Shown here one piece after another: positions 39,801 to 51,800 of a stretch of DNA of 64,000 nt. The position numbers and the translations under genes were made by a program. A model generated the notes under the pieces. It saw only the letters and a program-made list of their open reading frames with translations. It made no database searches and had not been told where the DNA came from. Source of the DNA: Antedon mediterranea (Eukaryota > Animalia > Echinodermata); contig NC_092677.1 of assembly GCF_964355755.1 (NCBI RefSeq), positions 10,872,101 through 10,936,100 on the forward strand, in the 5' to 3' direction. Every line of letters starts with the position of its first letter. Position 1 is the stretch's first letter.

Positions 39801-42800
39801 CAATTGTACATAATGTACTAAGAAATATATAATATAATAGTTTTTATTCGTAAATGTTTCATTCGTGTGTGTTTTTTTACTCTCAACGGCGAATATAAAT
39901 TTCCCACAATGTAAACGTAGAGACACGATCCAACACAATGAACTATGCCAACTAATAAAAATAATATAGCAAACGTCCAGTCGATCCAGAAAGATGCAAA
40001 CAAAAAAATCGTAAACAATTCATTCTAAATATAGTATCAGAACGTTCAATCGGTCGCTCAAAAAGCCTGCCGACAGAAGACCGTAATTAATACAGACCGA
40101 GTTTTTTGGTCACATGTCATGAAACGCGATACTCTGTTTTACCACCGCAAACCTCTCGCATGTTTTTTTTTACTCGGTACGAGGGGGGGATTGCTACAAA
40201 ACAGTGTACCTGAATTTTGCGTCACATGAAACGTAATACAGCTCTAAACTGTTCCCACGGTTCGCACGTTTTTCCCCTCCAAATTCTGGTCGGGTCTTTT
40301 GTTGTAATAATAATTTACCATGGATGTAATTTACAAAGGCCTATGTTAAATCTTAACATGGAATATATATTTATTTTGCATATATTTTGTTGGTGTCCTA
40401 GCCAAGGTGTTGTTGTTTTTATAATTCGCTAAACCAAGGTAGGATTGAATCATGTAGGCCGCCGAAACTCTCTCTGCGTGAGCTGATGGCCTCGGGCCCG
40501 ATTTCGTCTCGTCGGCGGATGTCCTGCCAAATTAGGACAACCGATGTGTAGGGCGGCTACAATTAAAAATTAACGTCTAGGATTTTAATTAGCCAACAAT
40601 ACATGTTTGTTTCCATTGTTTATGCTCCTAACTAAAGGCGATGACATTGGTGTTTACAAATTACTAACCCTACGAACCACCCTACGATCGACGTGTAGAT
40701 ATTATCATAAAATCGTAGGCATGGCAACGAACAATACTTTGGAAATTATAGGATATGTTTAGCGAACAATGACCTACGATCTATTTACGCGTAGGCTACG
40801 AAAGGTTACGCGTATATACAAAGCAGTAATTTGTTTCGGTACCGTAAAAATAATAGATCTTGCGTGAATAGGCCTATAAGTGGCGCATCAGGACCAGTGC
40901 CTAAATGTGCATAACCCAAATTAATTGAATTCTTCAGTGCTGAATTTTTATGTGCTCAGAAATCGATTGAAACAACCTATAATTACTCAAAAATCCCCCC
41001 CCCCCCCAAGCGGGGCCATTGGCGGCCCTCTGACCCCCAGCTTAAGGTTGTACTGTATTTCATTTGTGTACACCCCCACCCCCCCCCCCCCACTAAACTA
41101 AAAACGGATCTGCGCGGATGGGGTTTGAGGGAAGGGGGTTAGTTGTCGATGAAAAGGTGCTACTAAAATAATTGGTGGTGCTACCAAAAATTATTATGAG
41201 CCATCATACAAATTTGATAGTGCTACCAAGTAAAAAAGTTAATTTGCAGCCCTGTTGTAGGTAAATTTATGAGCCCTTGGTTTAACACAAGTAGGTATTT
41301 TTGGTCGCCATATGAAACGAAATTTTTTTACTGTGAATGTGGTTACTGTTAGATATATAAACACATATACAAAGAACATTTATTACTGTGACTGTGGGTA
41401 GGCTCTACTGCTGGATATATAAACACATAGGCCTATAAATATACATATACACATAAACACTTTATTACTGACAGTTGCTTCTCAACGTTTGTATTAATTA
41501 ATAATTATAAAAAATATAAACGTCGCAGTGGTGTATTGTTACATGTACTTTACTATTCCAATCGACTATGACAGGGATAGTTTTAACTCTAATGTTATAC
41601 AAAATACATATTGGGTTTGTTTAAATGAGTTAAAATAAAAAATTTGGACTCATTTTTAAAAATGTTGTTACAACCGCTAATGTAGAAAACGCCAGCTAAT
41701 GTCAATGTAGAACAGTCCACCGCTTACTGTATGTAGTAAAACCTCCAGCTTATGTAGAAACACCAACAGCTTATGTAGTAAATAAAAATCAACACCAGCT
41801 AATGTAGAAACAGTCAACAGCTCAATGATGAGAAGCGGTCCCTTAACAGAGACAGTGGTCATTCAATAGAGGTGGTCACTTACCAGATGTCATTGTGATG
41901 GGAGATGGTCGATTATGAGAAGCAGTCCCTTAATAGAGATGATTGTCCTTTAAAAGAGGTCGTCACTTACGAGAGGTGGGGTCGTTAAGAGAGGTGGTCC
42001 TTTAAAAGAGTCGTCACTGACGATTATGAGCGGTCCTTTAATAGAGAGAAAGAGGTCGTTGTCCCTTAAATGAGGTGGTCACTTACAAAAGGTGTGGTCC
42101 TTAAGAGAGGGGGTCGCTTAGGAGAGGTGGTCGCTTACGAGAGGTGGTCCCTTAACAGAAATGGTTGCTTACCATGTGTGGTCGTTTTAGAAAGTTGGTT
42201 GCTTATGAGAAGTGGAAAGACTGATAGCTAAGTAAAGATCGATGCATTTGCACATGAATGAGACATTTTTGTAAAATATATAACATTTTCTACATTAGCT
42301 GGCGATAGTAACTACATAAGCTGGGAGGCAATTTTCGTTACTACATAAGCTGTTGACTGTTTCTACTTTAGCTGGTGTTGATTTTTATTTACCACATAAG
42401 CTGTTGGTGTTTCTACATAAGCAGGAGGTTTTACTACATAAGCGGTGGGTTGTTCTACATTAACGGCTGTTTCGACATTAGCTGGCGTTTTCTACATTAA
42501 CGGTTGTAACAGATGTATTGTCCCCAAAAAACATGAAAAATGAAGATCAATTAAATCAGACTTTGAATATGTTATTTTGTAGTTTTAATAAAGTTAATCA
42601 CTTCCATAGAAACAAATACGAAAACAAATTATATTATATACAGTATATATACACTTATAAAATGACCAAACAAATGGTTAAATTCAACCAAAAAGCCATT
42701 GGCTGGCAGCCAATTTGACCATGTTTTGCTTTAAATTACATTTTTTCAGGTAAATATATAATTTTTAATTTGAAATCGCCAGTTTTTTTACGCTGAAATT

Positions 42801-45800
42801 ACTGTGTATTCGAGAACCATCTGTGGACATGACCTAGGTGGTACGCGAGCAAAGTGAGCGTACCATCTACTTGAAATAATTCATTATAAGGCTTCAACCC
42901 TTTATAAGCATAACACAGACATTAAGTATCCCGGACAATTGAAAAGAAAGACATGAAACAACTTAAAGAACTAGCCAATGAAAGATCAGACTGGAAGAAA
43001 CTGGTAAAAGAGATTTACGGAGCAGCCCAAGCGGAAATGTCAGCAGACTTTTCAGCGGAAAGGCAGTAATCAATCAAGGCTTCAACAGTAGTTATGATTA
43101 AAAGGCAAAGAGGGAATAGTTTCTCAATCATATTAATGCTTAAATCTAAAGTGCCTTATTTATATCTTTACACTATCTTTTTTAGGTGGTAAATCTAGCA
43201 AATCTTCTATAATCAACAATGTAGTTTCCTTTTTCACACCGGATAAATCAATGAACAGCAGGACTAACACATATGAAGAAGAAGTCATAAAGTCAAAAGC
43301 GGGTATTTTCTCCCTGTGATTCAAACAATAAATTGTTAAATTTACACATTATATCCTGTTTGCAGCAGCAATTAGTAGCAGCAGTAACAATTAGAATTTA
43401 TAGCAGCAATTAGTATTAGTAGCAGCAGCAATTAGTATTAGTACCAATTAGTATTAGTAGCAATTAGTATTAGTAGCAGTAGCAACAGTTAGTAGCAGCA
43501 GCAATTAGTATTTATAGCAGCAATTAGTATTAGCAGCAGCAATCAGTAGTAGTAATAGTTGCAGCAGCAACAGTTAGTTACTGCAGCAATTAGTATTAGT
43601 AGCAGCAATCAGTAGTAGCAGCAGCAACAACAGCAATTAATATTAGTAGCAGTAGCAACAGTTATTAACAGCAGAAATTAGTATTAGTAGCAGCAGCAAC
43701 AGTTAGTTGTAGCAGCAATTATTATTAATAGGAGCAGTAGCAATTAGTATTAGTAACAGCAGCAGCAATTAGTGGCAACAGCCATGTACTAGGGACAGCA
43801 GCAATTAGTAGCAACAGGGAAGTAGTAGTAGTAGTAGTAGTAGTAGCCAATTAGTATTAGTAGCAGCAGCAACAATTTATAGCAGCAGCAATTAGTAGCA
43901 ACAGCCAAGTACTAGGGACAGCAGCAATTAGTAGCAGCAGCAATTAGTAGCAACAGCCAATTAGTAGTAGTAGTAGTAGCCAATTAGTATTAGCAGCAGC
44001 AACAATTCATAGCAGAAACAATTAGTAGCAAAAGCAGCATTTAGTGCTCAGTAAAAATTAGTAGTAGAAGTATTCGTAGTAATTAGCACACGACGCACGG
44101 CAGTAGTTATCTAGGATACTGTAATTGCTTTTTAAAACATGACACTGATTCTTATTAACTGACATTTTTATCATCTAGTTGCAAATAATTCATCACCATA
44201 TTCTTCATGGGAGAAAGATTACTCAAAGGGTAGCAAAAAAAAGAAAACACGAAATGAGGAAGAAAGAGGTATTCAACATTTTTAATTGTAAAGTATAGAT
44301 AAGCCCATTCAAACTAGTAGCAATTTGAAATTGGCAGATTTTTTTATGTTTATGTTTTTTTATTAGTCACATGGGTAGAAGAAGACCTGATGTTGAGGAT
44401 TTCAAATACTATGTCACTAAGATGGTTAGAGTTTGGAAAAAAGCTTAAAATAGCCCAAAAGGAGCTTGATAAATTAGGTAGAAAGACTTATTCTTCTAAG
44501 GAGAAATCACGCCATATGCTTCAGGATTGGCAAGAAAATAATGATGAGACAGACAAGCTAGGAGTACTTGCACGAGTTTGTAAGGAGCTTGGTGAAGAAA
44601 ATTTGTGTAATAAAATACTCCAAGGTAGATATTTTTTGTATTGTTATATTTTAATGTGTTTACAATTTTATACTTGTGGATGGAAGTTAGATTTTAAATT
44701 AGCGTTGTGTCTTACCATCAAGAAATGAAATTGTACTTGAGAGTTTTGAGTTTGAATGTTACTGAGACCAAGTCTTCAATAGGGTTTGAAAGCTGAAATG
44801 CTAAATGCCTATTTTAGTCATGTAGTAGAGACTACTCCAATTTTTATCCATAAGCAAAATAGAAACATACAAATCAATGAAAATGATAATGTAATGGGGA
44901 AAAATTACTTTTGATATTTTTATTTATTTTTATTTTATTCAATCGAAACAAAGCTAGAACTGTTTACAGCACCTTGATTGATCCTAACATTGATCAAGGG
45001 CTTCTCTCATAAAAATGATAATGTAATGGGGAAAAATTACTTAACTTAAATATTTCTATTGATATTTTTATTTATATTTATTTTTATTTTATTCAATCGA
45101 AACAAAGCCAGGACTGTTTACAGCACCTTGATTGATCCTAACATTGATCAAGGGCTTCTCTCGTCCAGTGCCCACCTTGACCAGAGGAAAGGCATGGGCC
45201 AATACATCTGAGGCAGATAATAGATGCAGGTGCTGCCATAAGAGTCAGCAATGCTGATTTCAAATGCTTGTGGGCATGTGCAGTTTTTGTATTTGCTCTT
45301 TTCATCTTTTATAATTTGTTTTTATTCTACAATTATCAAAGGTTTGGATGATGATATTTTAAGATTTGTAGCACAAGAGGCTAAATACAGCTGGGAGAGT
45401 CTTGCTGAACAATTAAATGTGTCTAACATTGAACAGATTAGAAAAAGAAAAAGTGGTGATCAGGAAGCAATGTGCTTAGAGGTACTGATGATTTGGAGAA
45501 CAAACCAATCACATGCATCAGATAAAGTTACATTTCTTGCATCTTCTCTTGATCAAATTAAATTAGAATCTGTGTCAACATTTTTAATTCAAGGTAAAAT
45601 ATTTATTAATTATCACATCTTCTTATACATAGATGGTCCAGGGTTGGCATTTATCAATTTTTGCTTATATTTTTGCTTAAGCTGAAATAGTTTAGAAGTA
45701 CTTAAGCAAATAACTTATAAATTCTTTTATTACTACAGTACTTATTTATAACTTATTTATCAAACCGCCTCAGCAGAAAATTTGTCTTAGGTAAATTTTT

Positions 45801-48800
45801 TCTTAAGACAAAAAAATCTTTGATTATGCGTGCGCATTATCTTTTTTGTCTTAGTGAAGATGGCGCTATTACATTTTATCTCTGCATTTTCACAACAGAG
45901 GGCACATTCTGATTATAATGCTTTTATTACTTAAAATAGAGAAAGAGCACAAAAGTCAGAAATACATACCAAAATCAGTTGCTGTAAACTCAAACCAATA
46001 CATCTTATAAAGTAGCTTCTGGATATTAGTCACACCGCAATATTAGTTTTACTCATCTAATTCCTAGGCCATCTAACTGAAAATCGATATCATTATTAGC
46101 ATCCATGATACCATGAATACTGCAATAGAATAGCCTTTCTAGATGTTATCCTGTAGTGACAGCAACAACTTCTCTATAAACATGATTCCTTTATATTGTT
46201 TGAATTAAATGAAGGAAGTTAACATTTCACTCGCACATTACAGTTATAGCCGTAACCTAAAATAGGGTTTTTCTTTAATGAGATTTAATCTCTCTGTTTA
46301 AAAAGTATATATGGCATATTTGAAGGCAGCAGAAATATATTACTCAGTTTTATTTTTTAGGACTTGACAGTAACTTTCTAGTACAACTTTCAGTTGAACT
46401 TTCAAAATCATGGCAGGATATTGCTAGACAGTTAAAAATGACAGAAAGGGAAATCATAGAAATTAAGAAATCATCTTCTGATGAGTCCAAACAGGCTCAC
46501 CATGCATTCATGACCTGGAAAAAACAACAACCTTCAGAGACTGATCAACTTGGTACACTAGCAAAGGCTCTGAAAACTTGTGGTCATGAGGAAATGGCCA
46601 AACACTTGATTGGTGGTATGTATACATTTTGTATATTCATTATTCATTTCATTATTTTTATCTTTTTCAATATTTACATTTAACTATAAAAAAAATGAAT
46701 TGGGGAAACCAGGGTCAACCTAAGCGAACTAAATCAATGTGGCAGAGCCGATCTGAACCAATCCCAATTCAGTTTACACAATAAAACAAAACAATTAGAA
46801 GGGTAAAAATAAAATGGTACAATGAATCAAAACTTTAGTTTAGTAACGCAACTTTAGAAATTTCACACCAACTCAGCCCCACCATAGTTCATGAGTTCTT
46901 ATTCAGGTATATTTATTCATAAAATAGAAATCAATAGTACAACGGCAGCCAAAAGGCTGAAAAGTAGTATTTTACAATATTTGATAAAAAAAATATATAA
47001 ATATGTATAAATAGTAAAACTTAAAATTTGTCCACCGGTAAGTTAAATAGTGCCAGCCTATTCAATATTCATTGAAACATCATCATTAATGCGTCAGGCT
47101 AAGAAAGGGACTGGTGAAGATCTAAATCTCTCTGTACGATCAAACGGGATTTTGAGTCGAGGCTTACACGCAGACCTTAGGGTTGTAGTAGATCTTTAGA
47201 AGGTGTCTTGGCTTTCTTAAGTATAATCAAAGTGTACAAACGTCGACATGCTTTAGCAACGATATCATTCAGGCGATTTATAAAATATGACATATCTAGA
47301 TGGTCGGAAATGTCACACTCACGTTATTATAAATGTATTAACAATTGAAGATATTTTTAATATGAAAAATGAGGTACTGGCCTATATTTTGAGTATTTAT
47401 TTTTAAAGGCAACAGAAATAGGAATTTTAAATAGATGAAAAACGACACAAACAAACCCATGGACTAGGCCTAGACTCGGATGTTAACAGTTTCATTTTAA
47501 TCACATTTCCCATTTCTGAAATTCAAAAATAATACCATATCATCTTCGTTAATATTATTTATGATGATAATAATACAAAAATGAAAAAATCTGCCTTTTA
47601 TAATCTATATATAAATTTACATAAGGACAGATTCGGTAAATCGCGCTTTAATTCTGTTTACTCGATGGTATATAAAGTTAGTTCGTACTTTCGGTACTGA
47701 TTTTAACCTGATGTAACCCTGTTTAGTAATTAAATTGAGTTAGATAATTGTTATTGACAATTAAAACGATTTGCCCCAAATAGGGGTGTTTTCCTATCGT
47801 GGTATACACTGTATGGATGTCCATCTTGAAAAATACCTGCACACAATAATACGAGGATGCTTCGCCTTTACCTATCTCCTTCTACGATAATTGTTTTTAA
47901 TAGTTGAAAAACTGCTTGAACAGCTCGAGTACAGCATCATAATCTTGAAGACAGACCAATTTTCTTTAAAAAATTCTATTTTGATGGATTTAATATACGT
48001 TTATACAAATGTATTGATTTGCGATGAATGGAATATTTCAATCTCTCAGTCTCTCCCAGTGTAATTATTTGGTTTAACACAAGTAGGTAAATTTATTGGC
48101 CCTTGGTTGATAAACTTAAATCAGTTAGATATTAGTGTTGCAATACTTTGACAATAATATTGTAAATACGTATTAACCATTTTTGGTCGCCATTTGAATC
48201 GCACATAATAATCAAATAAACTTTATTACTGACAGTTGCTTCTCCACGTTTGTATTAATTAATAATTACAAAAACGTTGTAGAGGTGTAACGCTACATGT
48301 ACTTTACTATTTAAATCGACTATGACAGTGACAATTTTAACACAAGGTATTAAGTCGCAAATGCTGTACTGTATTAGTGGTATATTATTTATAGGCCTAT
48401 AAAACATGAACAAATATTTCGTTCCTGAGTGGATATAGAATATATTTAAAAATTGTGCCTCTTTGTACCCATCCTCTTCCCTATCCCTCAACCCTAATGT
48501 TGCATACAAAACACACAAAAAAAGGCTTATTTTGTGACAAGTTTCTCTTTCGGAAGTAATTCCCAGGGTGCTAATTTTAGTTGACTACATAAATCATTGT
48601 GTCTATTTATTCGTTTCTGTAAACGACAATGTATTATAGATCTGCGGTACGTACATTTGAAATCGCAATTTTTTACGCTGAAATTACTCTGTATTCGAGA
48701 ACCATCTGTGGCCACGACCTAGTTACAATAAAATTACTTTTACCTTTTTACTTCATATGTATGTTTTGTGATAGATCTGGAGGATGGGGATATTCACAAA

Positions 48801-51800
48801 ATCGCAATAAGGCTGAAAATTGATCCGACGATTATGTGTACAGCACTAAATTTCCAACTTTCACATAAGATATATTTTGACAAGAAATTTTCACGCGATT
48901 TTGCTAAAATAAAAGCAATGATTTCAAAATGGAGAGCACAGCAAAATCGTAGAGAAGACAAGAAACAAAAGTTAATAAGTTTATTGAGCAGTAATGGTTT
49001 TGATTCTGTTTTAAAAGAGGTTTTCTCAAGTAAGTAGGAAAGTTATGTTATTGAGGTAATTAATAGGAATTATTTAGAGAATTGAGTATGTACCCTTCTA
49101 TCATTAGGAAGATTACTCTCTAGATGTAACAAATATGTTAACAAATTTTAATGCAGTTTATTTCCAATAAGGTCAAAACAAATGTTAACTTCTAATAGAG
49201 ATCATCAGTGTTTCTTACTTTGCTTATCGTAAGTGATTTTATTATTTACAGAAGAATCCATCCAAGCAAGTCAAGTTTCAAGATCAGAGATAAGTAAGAA
49301 CTGTAAATTACAAGACATATTTCTTGCACTTTTTACATCACTGCACCCAGATTAACTTTTAATATAAAATAGGTTCAATTAAATACTGGTTTAATAATTA
49401 ACCAAAATTAAAATATAGACACAAGATCTTTTCTGAGTTTATTATTGTATTTCAGTTCATATATTTTAGTAATGAACTGGAATTAATTATTTTACAGTTG
49501 TATCTACAATCTATGGAAAAAACGTATCAAGACAAGATTACATACCACAGACAAGTATTTTTGTATTTATTAAATGACACATCTATAGCTATACCTTGTT
49601 TGCTTCCCTGTAGAACTTAACTCTTAGCATGAACTGTGTTCAACCCTTTTATTGTTTACTGGTTTAAAAACAATTAATTCATTATTGAATATCTTATTAT
49701 CAATTAATTTTAGTAATGAATATTGATTAATAAACAGGCCCCTATTGATCATAATGTAATGCGATATTTATATAGCGCTATTTCATGAAGATCAGAGCAC
49801 TGTCGACTTAGATGTTACACCTTTTTTAACAATATTCTTGTCCCCTAAGGGTCACATCCTGTCCATCGGCAGCCAACTACGGCGCCATTACGTCTGTCCA
49901 CGACAGTGTCTGTGTGAACTAGTACACCGGGTAACCCCCTACTTGTCTCGAAAGATGTACTAGGTTCTTTAAAGTGCACACGAGCAATATGCATACACTG
50001 GACCTACTGTACGGTTTATAGTCCTTTTCCGAGAAGACTTGTTCTACCACCAGAACCATGGACCGCGTGAGTCTCGAACCCTTGCCGATGTTATGGCTAT
50101 GGATTATGGTTCCACTGTCTTAACCACTCGGCCACTCACTCACTATTGATGGGTTTTGTCATATGTGTCAATATCATCTGTGGCCAGTTGTTGCAGATGT
50201 AGATGGTCATACAGTTCCTGTATTTTTGTCCTTTTCTGATAAGTAGCCACAATTATCTTCCATTTAATTGTGTCATTGTCTTTTGATTATGTCCCCATAT
50301 TTTTGTTTTGTGACTTCCAATTTTCTCCTACCTTATCATAGATATTCCTTGAACCAAACATAAATTTCGAATGAAAAAGAGTCTGTTTATTCTCTTGTTT
50401 TAGTTCCCTTATTTTTATCACTGGTTTAACAATTAACCAAAAATATTTATCAACAGCAGAATCAACACGCCATAGAAGCAACATATCTCATCCAAGAAAC
50501 AAACCAGAAACAGGTAAGATCTGTTTCTATCTTTTAGTACAAGAAATACTTTGTTTGTTCGGCATTCAATAATTGTAATCCTTCAAGCGCCTTTGAGCAT
50601 GTTTTTTTAATGAAAAGGGCTCTATATAAATGTGGTATATTGTATAGGCACATCCTTCAACTCGTTTAACATTACCATTCTTTTTTTTAGGACTTGATAG
50701 TGACTTTCTTGTACACCTTTCTATTAAACTTTCAAAGTCATGGCAGTATGTTGCTAGACAGCTTAAAATGGCAGAAAAAGAAATCAGAGAAATCAAGAAT
50801 TTATCTTCTGATGAGTCAAAACAGGCTCACCATGCATTCATGACCTGGGAAAAACGACAGCCTTCACATACTGATAAACTTGGTACACTAGCAAAAGCTC
50901 TGAAAGATTGTGGTCATGATGAAATGGCAAAACATTTGACTGGTGGTATGTACTGTGTACTAATCTCTAGAACAAGTCCGTCTTCCTATAACAATACTAA
51001 AAGAGGATGATTTTTATGTGTAGTACTCTGATAACATGTGTCTTGTGTATCATTTTGTATTTGCACCTCATGACAGTCAATATTGCATGGTAGTATGTAA
51101 TTATTGAGACATAACTTTTTCTTTTTACATGCTTAAGTTTTCTATGTTACATCATTTTTATAATCAGTTAAAATATTACCATTTAACTAGAGGGAAACAA
51201 ACTCAGCAAGTTCACCCTCTAAGTTGATATTATACAAATATTGCCTGCTTAGATGTAAAATATATAATTTGACATCCCTGAGGAAATGATATTTTGCTCA
51301 AAGAAATATAATTCTCGGGAGCATAATATCATTTCCCGAAGGGATGTCAAATCTTATATTTTACTGATATAAAAGGTGATACCTGTTATATTATATAGCC
51401 AACAACAAGTAGAATATCTACTGGGTCGGGTAGCTAGGCCTCCTTTATGTAATAAGCCTGCCTAGTTAGCATTGCATTCACCTTACCTTGCGAAGAAAAA
51501 TATACAGATAATTACCAATTAATGATTCCTTGGCAATAAAATATTCACTTAGCCCTAGGTATTTTGAATTAACAGAAGAATTTCCATCAATAACTACATT
51601 AATAATGATAATAATATTATCAGGTAGGCCTAGACTGAATAAATAATTCGTCTTCTTTGAGCTGAATGTTCAGTGTGCTGCGCGTACCAGGCTACTACTG
51701 TGAGTATTGACAGTCTTTCGTCGCATCTATAGAGGGCGAATAACAAAATGAGGGCGCTATGTATGCATAGTTTAAATAGTTGATTTATTTCTTCAAGCAA

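Larger units (their letters stand above)
38490..42870 (+). mobile_element. Non-autonomous Helitron-like element carrying two nested insertions
   Basis: 5' A|TCTATATATAAATTTAC; 3' hairpin ggtacgc-gagcaaagtga-gcgtacc followed by atctac|T. Colinear with the copy at 47604-48722. Confidence 0.7.

Noticed and set aside
44880-45160. Local ~130-bp tandem duplication in a CYLD intron (also a ~50-bp duplication at ~58598-58696)
   Set aside because: These are ordinary small duplications with no coding or structural signal.
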